DNA of 64,000 nucleotides from positions 175,633-239,632 of the forward strand of contig NMRA01000159.1 in the NCBI GenBank assembly GCA_002633005.1, in the 5' to 3' direction. Origin of the DNA: Phoronis australis (lineage: Eukaryota > Animalia > Phoronida). A program made the translations under genes and the position numbers. This document shows positions 49,101 through 61,935 of the stretch, piece by piece. Under the pieces are notes generated by a model. It was given only the letters and a program-made list of their open reading frames with translations, was not told the DNA's origin and did no database searches. How positions within the stretch are numbered: the stretch's first letter is position 1; each line of letters starts with the position of its first letter.

Positions 49101-52100
49101 GCTATTCCCTCCTGCGTGCATGAACTCGCTCACAGGTAGGAATGAACTGGCTCTCGGGGATAATCGCCTGCTCGGTAAGCTGGTACTTGACTTCGGATAA
49201 ATGCTACGTGTTTATTCGTATCATTCTATGATAAATTGGACGTCATGTTGCTTGACGTATCACTAAAGTTTACATACCAATAATGATCTCACACGTCTTA
49301 TGGCGCTGTTCGGTTCCACTGTGACCCGACAATATTTTGTGAGCTCATGCTATCCACCTGGCCAATAATTTCATATATGTTTAGGAAATCCTTTTATTAA
49401 GGTGATGCTTCTTGCTACGGAACATAGGGCTTACGGTGGCAGTGGCGGATTGAGGGGGGAGGGGGGGGGGGCAAGGGGGCCATGNNNNNNNNNNNNNNNN
49501 NNNNNNNNNNNNNNNNNNNNNNNNNNNNNNNNNNNNNNNNNNNNNNNNNNNNNNNNNNNNNNNNNNNNNNNNNNNNNNNNNNNNNNNNNNNNNNNNNNNN
49601 AAGGGGGCCATGCCCCCTAAAATTCTCCCACATACCATTTGGCAATTCGGGGTGTGAATTGCATATGGGCACACCCAGGGGGACTCGGGGGCGAATGCAC
49701 AATGCACAGGCCTTGAACGAACCCCGTTTACCGTCCCTTTTTTAGTAATAAGGTCCACAAACCCAAAAATTCGAGACCACTGCCTCCCTACATTTGAGGC
49801 TGAGCCCGCATGTGGCGAAATTCTGTGCCCTGGCCCAAGAACTCAAAATCCTGGATCCGCCCCTGGGTGGTATCTTTGTTTAGTACAAACAAGGCCAGTT
49901 TAGAACTGTTATCATCGAAAATTTCTTCCGAACAAATATCGTCCATAATTTCGGAATATTTTGCGCTCCAAAGATTCTAAACATTGTCAAGTGGAGGATC
50001 ATCTGCTTGCTATTCAGCGATTCAGGAAGCCGGCGGTGGTTACTACCGCCGCCTAGCTGGCCGGCTTAACTCAAGGTCACCAAGACGCAGTATAACAATT
50101 ACGAAAGTTTACATTTCCTTAAATTATATACACACATGATAAAGCTCTGCCTGAGCTATAACGCGATTATGTACCTAGGGCTATGAATATAAAAAATATA
50201 TTTTTAACACTAGGCCGATGCCTTGAGAGAAGAGTCACAATTTTACTGTCATGACTTGATGGCGTACAATTGCTACAGACGTACAACATCAACCAATTAA
50301 TTCGTCAATAATTATCATATTGTAAATATTACATGTTTAAAACATCCTTAGTTCTGAAAAACAAGAGTTTTACCAAAATTCCAGAAATAAATATGCAATA
50401 ATGGAATATTCCATGTCTTTATTGGGTTATTAACTAATTAGTCAACTGAGTAACCTGTAGTTTTAATAATTAACATCAAAAAGGAATGAACCAGAGAGGC
50501 ACACAGTGTATAAATCACTAATTAAACCAACAGGAAAATAATTTCAACTATTCAAAAGATTGCTACCGGATATGGATCCTTCAAAGTTGCTGTGAAGAAT
50601 TAAGTCAGCGTTTCATCCAAAATTATGCAAGTTTATGTATTAATTGGACCGTTGGTTTCGCTTGGAACAAATACATTTTAGTAAAATTTCGAGATGCAAT
50701 GGCATTCACGAGAAACATGACAAACTACGTACTCCAACTATTTACGCAAAAAGTTGCAGATACTTGTTTTCCGAAAAATAAAAGAGACTTACACTTAATG
50801 CGTAGCTTTGAAATATTCTGTGGATAGCTTGCAACTTAAGACTTTACACAGAAATTTTAGTGATACGGACACATTAAGTGTGCGCCATTGTAAATTAGAG
50901 GCATTGGTACATTAGTTTAGGATTTCTGTTATGCCACACGAAAGAAAGTGAACCCTGGTTAACAAAAGTATTCATAACAAAGAAAACACTTGTTGAATAG
51001 TTATTAACATTAAAGAATGAAAAAACGGCACAAGTGAATTGAAAAGCAAACGTGCGGATGGAAACCAGGACATCTGGGTTCTTGCGAAAACGCAAGAGTA
51101 AAATTTTCGCCGCAACCCAAAACTCATTCTTGTCAACGAGAAATTACAGGAGCCGTACCACCCAACGAACACTGGACGAGTTGTTGTTCTATAGTCGAAC
51201 GGGAAATTGTGAACGCCGCAAAAGCCCATGAGCCTCGCCATTTTTTAGTCTAAACGGAAAATGGGACTATGCTGTGAGCTTTAGTCAGAAATGTTTCTCG
51301 GAGCGGCCTCTTCTTATCACGCCTATTGAGAATTTAAACAGCTGCTCAATAGAAAACTACATGTACATGTATACGTGCAATATTTTCTTTTACAAGTCTA
51401 GGGGCCTATCACGATGGGTTGCCTTATAATTTCTGCAACAGTCGTGACCGTTACGTCATGTCGGCGACACAGGGTCTTGCTACCTCCGACAACTACAAAA
51501 GGAAATTCACTTTTTCAACATGCTCCATTCGTTCGATGAAACATTTTATCGGCAACCTTAACTAGTAAGTAACTTTTAAAGTACTATATAGGGAGACGTA
51601 TTTTACTTATTAAATGTCAGTTATCAAAACATAATGTACCACAATTGGAGTTTAAACACCCCAAAAGCGCAAGAAGGTGTGCCCGACATTTTTTGATTTA
51701 GCATGCATCCGCTATGCATTCAAAATTGTAAATCAAATTAGTCCTCGCCAGGGAGGTGTTTGTAAGAGGTTTTTATGTTGCAATCACTACCATGACAATT
51801 TTTGCAAAGATGAACATGCTTTCGGTAAAAGTGTTAATGATATGTCAAACTTTTAAGGTGTTAACTTGAATTCATCCTTTACTGCAAGTCTATGAAAACT
51901 TCAACCCCTGGAAATGCTGAATGTTACTAAAGTACACTGCTTATTCTATTCGAAAAACCTGGCTTGAATTCTCAAGAGTCTAGGCTCAGACGGAATTTGT
52001 CGTTATACGCTCAGTCTATTTTTGTAGTCATATTTTTATTTGCAGAACTTGTATTCCTTGTACATGTACATGTGTAACCGGTCTATTGTTTACGAAGAGT

Positions 52101-55100
52101 GTGCACTCGAATCTACTTTTTGGCACCTTCTTACGCATTTATTTCCGCCACTGTTCCTTTTAATGGGCATGATAGTCCAACGTAGAGGAATATTTTTGTG
52201 ATTCACGTGGCTTGTGTCTTTAGACAGCTTGAGGTGCATAGGGCCGCCGTGATTGCCCGCCATCTGGCCTGATTGGTAGCCTTAATTCGAATCTCGTTCC
52301 ATGACATGCCAATAGAGAGGTGTTTAGATGTCACAATTCTTCTTCAATTTTCCAAAGTCAACATCGCTTTCGTCACCCTTGGGGGTTCCAGTTAAGGGCA
52401 AGCTTGGAGGTATTAGTATTGGGCTTTCGTAGCGTGTGTCCAATCCACCTCCATGTCCTCCTCTTGATGTGGATCTCTGTGGCTTCTTGGCTGGCCCCGT
52501 TCCACTCAGCTTCATTTGTCCCTCTGTCACACCACTTGATTTGCATGGTTTGCGAGGACATCTCTTTTATGAAAACTTGGACTTTGTTGTTGATGGATTT
52601 AGTAGCAAGTCGCCATGACACTAAGCCGTAAAGTAGGTGACTTGACATTTGAGTTGAAGATGTTGAATTTAGTTCTCATGGAGCATGTTTTTGATTTCCA
52701 AACGCATGGCGTGTGCTTGGAGGCCCTTCTTAATACGGGCCTTGATGTCTTCCTCTGTTCCGCTCTAATACTAATCAGATACATGTAGGCGAAGGACTGG
52801 ACATCTACTGTAGATCTTTCTCAGGCCACTGAGATGCTGTCACTTTGCCCAGTGTTTACGCACATCGTCTTGGTGTTCTCGGCGTTGATGTGAAAGCCAA
52901 CCTGTTTGTCTGCATCCGAGATCGCCAGAGTCTTACGTTGAGTGTCCTGTTGTCAGTGAGCTAGTAGGCAGAGGTCATCTGCATACTCTGAGTTGTCAGG
53001 GCAATTGTATACCAGTTGGTGGGACGGAGAATGCGGTGCGTATTTACTGTACATGTATGTTGCCAATTTCCAACACAAGCGTTTTGAGAGATATATGGAG
53101 AACTGCCCCTTCATGCTGTAAACATTTTCCGTGAATGGGACGGTGCGAGGAAACAGATCTGCAACAATGACTATAGTCGTGGTTTCAATGAAAACTGTTT
53201 CACCCAGGGTGTACTCTCCGATTATCACGCACGGGAATCAATAATTCAATGGTATATTCAAGATTACCATTATAAAGGTAAAAATTGGCAAAGAAATTAA
53301 TTTTAATATAAATATATGATGCCTTTGTACACTGTCTTGGCGATAAATATAGGTTATCCCACATACAAAGGAATACTACTGCCATATCCTAATGAGAATT
53401 TATTTCATTTGGGAATGTCACAACGAGACCGATGTTCGATTTGGACATTCCCAAATGAAATTAATCGAGATAGGATATCGCAGTGCTATTCCTATTTATT
53501 TAGGATAATCTTATTAACCCAAACATATGAACTTATTTGCATCTTCGCGGCGATATCTTGTTGCCATGGGCTTCGGTTTGTTGTTATATGCCATGCGCGG
53601 TTATTTATGAGCGACCGAGAAGTGTTGAATAAGTAGTAAAGTTTTATTTCACATTGAATTTATAAGAGTTTTGAGATATACAAGTTAAAGCACTGAACCA
53701 TTCAATAATACTAAACGTTCGCGGGAAACTTAGAAACAGTTCACCCGCGAAAATAAAAGTTGAAACATTAACTGAACAGTTGTGCAGCATTGTATCGTTT
53801 TAACTTCGATGATTTTTTTAGTTAACTTCGTTTCCTAGCTTCCGGAATGTAAATGCATATAGTAATAGATGTATTTTCCCGTGTTGACCAAAGCAATGAA
53901 AAGAACGGTGGCGCTTGAGCTGATTCGCAGAACTTAGGGGTAAGAACTCTATCGTAAAAAGCAGGCGTGCGTTCAGTAGACGCTAGGACCTACGCTAGGA
54001 CCTAGCTAAAAGCTAGTCAAAGTCACGTGTTCTCATTCAAAATGCACGGCAATATCTCACGTAATCTCGCGAAGTCTTGCCTTTTAGCGAGGTCCTAGCG
54101 TTACTGAACGGGAGGCAGATTTTACACTGCCAGCCAAGAAGAGTTGAGGAAAGCTGCGAGCAGACGATTGTGTCATTAAAAAACCCAATACTCGATATTA
54201 GGTCACAATTTCCTGTGAACACCTTAATTCTCAGTACAGATATATTGTACGCATCCATAAAAAGTTTCCGTAGGATTTATATTAGATTAACAGGTATGGC
54301 AGATTTTGTTGGCAGGGGACCGTGCGCTGACCTATTTAGGATGACTCAGATTGAAACCAGCGAGGTCAAAAAATAGCCCCCTGATTACCCTGCATCGGAA
54401 CTTTCATCGGTAAATCTTTACTGTTTTTAGAGCAGCAATACTGATCTTTCAAGAACAACGCCCTCTACCAATATTTTACGTAAGCCTAATGAATAAGGCA
54501 AAACATTTTTGGCGTTGTAAACGCCAATTTAAGGCCCCAGGAGAGTGCACAACAACGGTGAGTTACGCCCTATATACCGTTGTGCACGGATTGGCTCCAC
54601 TTACCCATATTTCACAGCTTATTATGGGTCATTGAATGCCCGTATTTACACATAGATGGGATACGTTGTATTATCTTGAATCTTTGGCTTGGACTGCCAC
54701 GTGAGTGCGAAGTCAAGGTGTTCAAAGAAGAGCAAATGTAGTAATTGTTTCCAACTAATGTCATCTTCCCACTTACTGTAAATGTGAAGAATAAAGTCAG
54801 CATGAGAATTGAAAACTGCAGAAAAATGTTACTTGTGTGTTAACATTTGCATGCATACAGACAGTGCAAAGACTTCTTCGAGTATTTCATAAATTGACTG
54901 CTACGTATTCTATGTTTCTGTCGTGCGCGAATGTTTTGGGTGGTCTCAGTTTTTGTAATTTTAAAACGGACAAAATTTGCGATGATGAACGCGACTTTTC
55001 TGTTCTAGTCGTAAAATGAACTGTTTGCTGGACAAGGCCACACACCTGAACAACGCGACGCACTTCCGGCAGCTGACGTCAGTTATGCCTGGTCAGATGT

Positions 55101-58100
55101 ACACTGTACACGAACAGTGCAAAGACTTACTAGGTCCTGAATCGTACTACACTGCGGTGAGTCTGCTACTTATCGTTTTATTTGGGCACTTGCGTCATTT
55201 AGCGAATGAAAACTATAATGTTTACCACTCGAGCGGCGCACGTTAGAGGGCTGATGGGGAGGGGGGGTGCTGCGCCGCCCATGGTCACATAGGTGGCGCA
55301 CCATAGGGGAGCTTGGGGAATATAGCCCTACTTATTTCAGTGCTGCGCTGCCCAATAGCCCCCACTTATTTCAGTGCTGCGCTGCCCATGCGCCACACAC
55401 GAACAATATACTATGGTTAGCCCATTTTCGTTATGTATTCCGTTATACATTTTTTAAATGTTCTTTTCATACTCTTTATGTAACGGTTTCTCCCCTTCTT
55501 CCAAAATTTGGGAGTTATCACGGAAATTGCCGTAGAGTCTCGTAACAGAGCATTGTATGTAATGCGGGATCCATTGCGTTTTCGGGTTTCTGTTCATATG
55601 TATGTCTGTATAAAGTGATGCACATTCGTTTAAAAATCGTTTAGGGCTCTATAGAGACCCAGGCACAACTTCTGAATTGTGTAAAATTTCGACCGTCAAT
55701 GCTGAACTAAATTGACACTGTCATAATTCAGAAGTTGTGTCAGTTTGGGCCGTTGTGTCAATTCTGACCTACCGTGCACGCTTTTTCAAAACAAGTGGAC
55801 TGTTAAAAATTCACAGTCCTCAGCCAAACCTTGCTCAGAATCTAGTTGAGCATTGAGACACTTTTTTAATGTTTATTACAAAATCTTCAATACAATGATT
55901 ATGCATAACCCAGAAAGCGCCAAGAGACATTATATCTGGGTTAAATAAATACAAAGAAATCTATATACAATTATTATATACAAATACATAAAATAAAAAA
56001 AACTCAAAAACGTGTATGGTACTGTGAATTTACAAATAAATACCCGTGGTTGACGTTTCATTTCGTGGTGGGGCACATTCAGGCTTGACCCTCATCAAGA
56101 GTGGAGGGTAAGCACCTCTGTACATGTAATGTGTTTCTTATAATCTTCAATTGGAAAACTCACCGGTGACGTCGTGATGACGGACTCCCCTCAATCGCTA
56201 TAGGCAGTAGGATTACATGTAGGTCTTTCGGCTTCACGAGTTACGGAGTAATGGAAACATCTCACCTTATTGCTAAAGCGATAATGCGTTAAGCATCTCG
56301 CATCACATTTGCTACAATTAGTACGAGCATTTTTGTCTCAAGAAGTCGGCTGACAATTATATATTCCGTTCTTTTCATTGTAGTGTGTTTCTTACGGTAC
56401 ATTTTGTGCTTGCCTAGAATGTCGACTTATCGAAAATTCGTGTGCCATGTAAATGCACTCACGTCACCTTACGTCACATCACGTGCATCGATTTCGCATA
56501 ACTCGCCAATCTTGACAAGCTTACTGGAAACCGTAAAAGGGTCAACGGTGGCAGCGCCTTTTGGGTCTTGATCACCATGGCAGCCTTTTGCCTTGTCTCT
56601 TGATCTGTTGAAATCCTACATGTAGTTTTATTCACTAGTAGGGCCTCTCGGAGCAAGGGGATATATGCTGGAAGATGTATTGTTTCGACCCGGTCAGAAA
56701 GAGAGTAATTCAACGAAGTTGGCTAGTTGCACGCGGAACAACATGCGGCGATAAGAAGGTGCCATTGACAGAGTTACTGCTTCTGTTAAGAACCTAGTTA
56801 AATCGACAATATTAATAGTTGGTAAACGAACGCTGATTCCAACGAGGGTAGGCAAGACCGTGATTGAAAGTGTGGGATTTTGTGTCGTGTGTATCACAAT
56901 TGAATTGTGCATCAAGTAATAAGCCGTAGGCCTACGCGTTGAAATTTTATTACGATCGCATGGACATTGGTTTGGTTTTAGTCAAAAGTCAGAATTCTGA
57001 TTACGAATATCCGTAAGTAAATGTTTTGTTTCAATCTAAAACCAGTTTTCGAATACTTCCATGTTGTGCAAATTTCACATGAAATGCAATTCGACTCTCC
57101 CACTCTATGACGCACGATCAACATCCGGATGTGTGATTTATGCCCTGCAACACTACGTGTACGTTGACTGTGTAGACAACGGCAAGGTAATAAAAAGCGC
57201 CAAAGTTTTTTAAAATGGTGCCTTTCTGCGCGTAGAAGTGAGCTTAATCTACGTGTACTTTTACTTAATCTACACGTACTTTTATTAAATTCACATACTC
57301 CAATCACACTCGTGCTCACAAATTAAGTGATTGAGAGCAAAACGATGATCGTTTAAGAGCTAAACGTTCGCGTAGGTTAAGTAAAAGAATGAGTAGATTA
57401 AGCAAAACTACGCGTAGATTAAGCAAATTTCAACGCGCAAAACGTAACTCGTTTAAGAACCTTTAAGCGCTTCACAAGCTAATGTTCTTCTCGCGGAAAT
57501 GCGTTCATGTTTATTTCTGATTGAGGCAATGCATGTACATGTATAAAAATGTAACACTGAAAGTCACAGCGGATAACAACGGGCGTGCTAAAGTTCTAAG
57601 AACAAGACAAATACCTGCCAACCCATTTCTATTGAAAAGAGGTAGGTTTGCGAACTGCTGAGCGCGTGTGCACACGCGTAGGATAGGGAATCCCCTCAAA
57701 AAATTTGAAAAAAATGAAGCAAAATGGTGCAATCTCCCTCACACAATTCGTTGAAAAATATTTGGAAATGAAAAAAAAATAATGTAAAAGATCAAAAGGT
57801 TTGAAATCATACCTCAGCCTCTACTGCCTTTAGATGCTTTGTTGAGCAGAATGGTGGCGTAATTTTCGAAGCACCCACCATGACGAAAGAATTGTTGATA
57901 TGCTTTTTAGTTTTTGACATAGAACACTTGCCGCCTAAATTTCTATGTTTTTTGACTATGGCGTGCAATGCCAAAAACTCCACCGTGGCTAACTGATAAG
58001 TCCGATGGGTAAATGCTACGATGTGCGTTTGTTTATCACCTAAACTAGAAGGTTTTACAAGCTAAGCAAACTAAACTTTCCCAAGGTGATTTAAACCTAC

Positions 58101-61100
58101 TTGCCCAACGCGTTATCCTTTTTTACTCTGATTACTCTGATGCTCTAATGGTGATCGTTTTACACATCGCTTGGATTTGCGTAACATTGACCAGGCAGAA
58201 AAGGATCCACCAGACGAAAATAAGTGTTTGATGGTGCCTTATTTTCTATAGGTTGGTATCTTAAAGGTTGCACAATGAGAACCAAGCTCCGACGAGATAA
58301 GAAATCAATTCTATATATCATCCGCCAGGTTGTGCATAATAATGGTTTCCAAATCATCCGTCTGACTTTGCTGAAGCTAGTTTTTATGCGCTCACATATC
58401 TATTTGTGGTCGCATATTGCCGTCATCTCGGTCTGGAAGTTCGGCGTCCGTCGTCCGGCGTCCTTAGCTGTATCTCCTAAACCCCTCACACGATTTTAAT
58501 GAGATTTAACAAATGTGTTTCTATAAAGCTGACGACGGTCGACGACGAATTTCGAACCTCTCCGGCAACCGGTGTGCCCCTAGTGGCAATTTTAGTTTTT
58601 TTACACGTACCTATGTATCTTCGGAGGTCCTCAACAGATTTTCATAAAATTCGGCAATTAGGCATCTGTTAGTGAGATGATGTAATCCTCCCGTTTTCGT
58701 ACGTATTCGAGTTACTTTATGCCACCTAGTGGCCAAATTTACTGTTTTCGAGTCTGTTTTTTGGCATCTGCCCCACTGTCAACCAAACCAGTCTATGAAT
58801 GATTGTGGAAATTGGCAGGTATGTTCCTAATGTGAAGAGGAGGGCTGACGATGACTTTCCTACGACCTCGACAACTGTGATGCCTCCCAGTTGCAGTTTT
58901 TTTTGTACGCCCATGGCTGTATCTCCTAAACACTTTTCAGGATCTTTATCAAAGTTAGCAGTGTATTTATATGAACGTGACAACAAACAACGACGACTTT
59001 CGAATGGATCGGAGTACCGGTGTGCCCCCTAGTGGCAATTTTACTTTTTAAATTTTACCTCTGTATCTTCAAAGGACCTCAACGGATTTTCATAAAATTT
59101 GGCAGATTGGCATTTATTAGTGAGCTCACGCTTTCCCCCGAATTTTGGTTTGATTTGTTGTAGTTTGCGCCACTTATTGGCCATTTTTTACAGTTTTCGA
59201 ATCTTCTTATTTGGCATCTGTCCTTCTATCAATCAAACCATTCTAGGGATGGTTGTGGAAATTGACATGTATGTTTCAAATGTGAAGAGGAAGCCTGATG
59301 ATGATTTTCCGACGACTTCCTCTACCGTGGCGCCTCTTAGTGACAGTTTCTCAGAATTTCCTTGACGGATTTTTATGAAATTTGGTAAATAGTTTTGATG
59401 ACAGGTACCAGCTTTCGGATGGATTTGACGTATTTTGCGTCATCTAGTGGCCATTTCTATATTCCAAATAAACACCCTCTGAGGCACACCTTTCGAGGTG
59501 CATTCATGGGTGCATTTCAACGCTCCGCGTTGTTCTTGTCGGAAAAACAGTAAAGCGATGTCACAGCGAAAAAATGAGCACAACGCATCTACTTTTTCCA
59601 ACAACACTTTTCTGATACCGTAGATGTGACATGTGAATGTGGAATACGTTGGCAATGATACAAATCGGTTGGCTACCTGGTACATCGGTAGAGTGGGTAG
59701 GTTAAAGACGTGCACAAATGAATTTTCCACCACAACAGTGTACCGTAATGACAAGATATTCTTCTGATCGCAACTTCTGTTTTCTGCGGTAGACCTACTG
59801 TTTCTTATTCGGAACACGTCCGGATATTTTTGTAGCCTCAAATGTTCCCTCGGGTGAACATTATCTGCTCATGTGCTAACTTCAGTCATTCCATACGGCC
59901 AATTATCCACCTGCTAGAATAGTCACATGACCGAAGTCCACACATGCACAGAGAACTTTCACTTGCGAATACTCGAGGTTTTCCGAATGACTCCATATTG
60001 GCTTTATTGCTTCGGCTATTCTTGCAACTTTCTTTCATATTAGGCTATCACTCACAAGATCTTTCACTATTCATAACTCTGTGTTACTCGTGGCCCAAGA
60101 TCCTACCGAAATTGAATAGAATTCAATCTATGGTCTTACCTCGCAAGTTGCTCTAGAGGTCCAACTCATTTTTGATATTTCATTTTCTGTTCTACGCGAG
60201 TACGCAGTCAAAATAAATCCTTTGATTTTGGTTCGACGATTTACGTGGGTGAATGGTTAACCTCATGCGCGCACGAGCCACCCTATTTGGCGAAGTGGGC
60301 AAAAAGGTCCGCCTCAGAGACACAAAAAGTCCGAAAAAGTAGAACACGAGACAAAAGTCCACTAAAAGGCAGGAACTACCAAAATACGGCGAATACACAA
60401 TTTATAGCTCTGAACGTACCCCGTTTTTTGGTAAAATGTCCACATGCTCAATAAATCAAGCCCTCATTTTATACTGGTTGCGCGCATGAACTTTACAAGC
60501 AGTTTGCACTTGATGACTCCATCGCCATAGCTACATGCACACGTTTAACACTTAATGCTGTATGTCGAGTTTGAGCTGGATTTTGTACATTGTAGGACAA
60601 GTAGGGGTCACCAAGTGCATGTATTGGGAACTCGTCTGCTTGATCTACTCAAGCACAAAGTCATAGACATCTACATTGTATCTACATGTAGAGTTGGTAC
60701 TTAAGTATAACATAAACTGCCAAGAAGAATTTCAAGTTCAAACATACGTCGAGACCAGGTGTTACTTAAACAAATTGTCGACCTGTTGGTTATTGCGCCG
60801 CCTATTTCAGAGATTCTCTCCAAAGTGTTCCCTTGTCCCACCAGATCAGTGAGACCAGCTCAACCTCGGCGCAGAGTTTTAGTGTCTCGATCGCTAAACT
60901 GTAACGCGATTGTGCTTTCAGTGGTGCATCGAAGGTGACTGCGTTTATGACTCGCAAGCTCCCAGAGCCCCTGGTAAATATAAAATCCTTCTTCTGTTAA
61001 TAGTAGTTTCGGCTGTATTTTCATCGGTAATGGAGATGGAGTACCTAAGTTAAAATATGGGGTAACCTAAACCATTACGTTAAGTTGGACTTCGTTGACA

Positions 61101-61935
61101 ACTCGGCAAATTTAGCCATAAGATTACAAAATTTCTGATTTCAACTCAGTAAAAGTACTATTTTTCTGAAAACGAAAGCCGAATTTATTACTAACGTTTT
61201 ATCAATCTGGCATTATTTGGGTCACGTGACCATGTCTGTTTGATACAATTTAGCAAACAAACATTTCAATAACATGATAAAATTTCATTTGATTTTAATG
61301 TCAAAGATGAGATCTCATCCTTGTTCGGCGTCAGCTGCTGTATTTCCAAAACCCTGAAGATGTTTAATATTTCAACGTTTTTCGTCATTTTATTGGTTGT
61401 GAGTTAAGCTTTGCTTTGCAAACCTCAACTTAAAAATTCACGTATGTCAGATAACGCCATCAGATAATACGAATCTTACTTACATGAATTGTACAAAATT
61501 TGATTTTTTGTATGAATTAGTGTTTATGGTATTAATACCTCTTGGAAAGCAGTACTATCACTGTAGGGGCCACCATCAATTTAAACATGATAATGAATAA
61601 ATAAATAAATAAAAGTGCCAAGATGAATAACAACAACAAAAATAACGCCAATAATAGTAATAGAAATAAACATTAATATAACTATGACAATAATGACAGT
61701 AATAGTAGCAGCAAGCTTATAACAATACACTGCATGTATTAACGATAAAAATGTAAGAAATTACACATCATTTCAGCTACATGTGTCTATGGCGACCAAA
61801 TCGGGATATTGTATAGCAACTCGAATTACACGTGTCAGTCTGCACACAACGTCCCTTCGCTGTGCTACATAGAGAGTTTTCAGGACAAGTGCTGCCGGAC
61901 TTGTGGCGCTCGTTACGATAATTGCTCTATAAAAA
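39428..61935 (+). CDS. ADAMTS-like (M12B) zinc metalloprotease, tandem paralogue; gene 2, 13 exons seen, 3'-incomplete
   Basis: Exons 39428-39509, 40565-40752, 41365-41454, 41845-42104, 44651-44747, 46410-46487, 47192-47364, 48983-49135, 51397-51564, 55009-55156, 56642-56758, 60922-60973, 61777-61935 give an open frame of 588 codons with the same intron phases as gene 1. KRVKR furin site, HELAHSLGAYHD, YVMS Met-turn. Confidence 0.9.
39916..40135. repeat. (TATG)n microsatellite
   Basis: About 220-bp imperfect TATG array; source of the spurious YIHT/MYVC ORFs. Confidence 0.97.
40565..40752 (+). CDS. Gene 2 exon 2, prodomain
   Basis: VDVVEVYSSSNKQYPELVVYNVTLDHDSIVLRLLR...SVYVLKDG. Confidence 0.85.
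41365..41454 (+). CDS. Gene 2 exon 3, prodomain
   Basis: EYATYQDSENDASMTVFSSKFVGGKWQRHL. Confidence 0.85.
41845..42104 (+). CDS. Gene 2 exon 4, furin site and start of catalytic domain
   Basis: AGTFIKG...QKRVKR|QLDDAQHFIELLLVIDNSLYRR. Confidence 0.9.
44651..44747 (+). CDS. Gene 2 exon 5
   Basis: WYNKTNVTKTQSQRENEALKKMEIYYAQIANG. Confidence 0.9.
46003..46269. mobile_element. Palindromic MITE-like repeat
   Basis: CATAATTGGGACGTAC (46061) versus GTACGTCCCAATTATG (46195) perfect inversion, with repeated GACTA/TAGTC motifs. Outer boundaries approximate. Confidence 0.55.
46410..46487 (+). CDS. Gene 2 exon 6
   Basis: INLWYRNLKRHSLKLEVVLSAIYIAK. Confidence 0.9.
47192..47364 (+). CDS. Gene 2 exon 7
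   Basis: TRKESLWTES...TASLPTFDHAMLLTG. Confidence 0.92.
48983..49135 (+). CDS. Gene 2 exon 8, first half of zinc-binding motif
   Basis: YDLWDLMMVAGDEVAGMAMINKMCFRESVSIVEDPGGFVAIPSCVHELAHS. Confidence 0.93.
49440..49865. mobile_element. MITE with CAGTGGCGGA / TCCGCCCCTG termini and 5-bp TSD
   Basis: Flanked by GGTGG on both sides; spans the assembly gap. Confidence 0.75.
49485..49600. other. Assembly gap (N run)
   Basis: 116 Ns; AAGGGGGCCATG lies on both sides, so the gap may be an unresolved overlap. Confidence 0.98.
51397..51564 (+). CDS. Gene 2 exon 9, third His and Met-turn
   Basis: LGAYHDGLPYNFCNSRDRYVMS...FTFSTCS. Confidence 0.93.
52218..52995 (-). mobile_element. 5'-truncated, frameshifted RTE-type LINE remnant
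   Basis: Minus-strand peptides EYADDLCLLAH (RT YADD), RTKFNIFNSNVKS, WRWIGHTLRK..ALNWNPQG, SWNEIRIKATNQARWRAITAALC, typical of the RTE-clade C-terminus; stops and frameshifts present. Confidence 0.88.
53962..54117. mobile_element. Short palindromic MITE
   Basis: CGTTCAGTAGACGCTAGGACCT versus AGGTCCTAGCGTTACTGAACG inverted ends. Confidence 0.65.
55009..55156 (+). CDS. Gene 2 exon 10
   Basis: RKMNCLLD...MPGQMYTVHEQCKDLLGPESYYTA. Confidence 0.92.
56642..56758 (+). CDS. Gene 2 exon 11, disintegrin-like domain
   Basis: GLSEQGDICWKMYCFDPVRKRVIQRSWLVARGTTCGDKK (absent from the ORF track). Confidence 0.88.
57195..57472. mobile_element. Palindromic MITE
   Basis: GCTTAATCTACGTGTA in the left arm mirrors TACGCGTAGATTAAGC in the right arm; AAGCGC/GCGCTT ends. 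Confidence 0.65.
58381..59539 (+). mobile_element. Helentron-associated non-autonomous element (HINE/DINE-1-like)
   Basis: 5' T-run plus ATGCGCTCACA...TGTGGTCGCAT hairpin, (CGTC)n microsatellite, tandem core repeats (about 450-bp period with about 150-bp subunits marked by CTAGTGGC), 3' palindrome CAACGC-TCC-GCGTTG then TTCTTGT. Confidence 0.8.
60922..60973 (+). CDS. Gene 2 exon 12
   Basis: WCIEGDCVYDSQAPRAP. Confidence 0.9.
61777..61935 (+). CDS. Gene 2 exon 13, PLAC-like module 1
   Basis: TCVYGD...TCQSAHNVPSLCYIESFQDKCCRTCGARYDNC; 159 nt, same length as the gene 1 exon. Confidence 0.9.

Noticed and set aside
56050-56106. Penelope-type minimal hammerhead (minus strand TTGATGAG...GAAACGTC)
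   Set aside because: Core C is replaced and stems I and II do not pair convincingly; at most a decayed relic.
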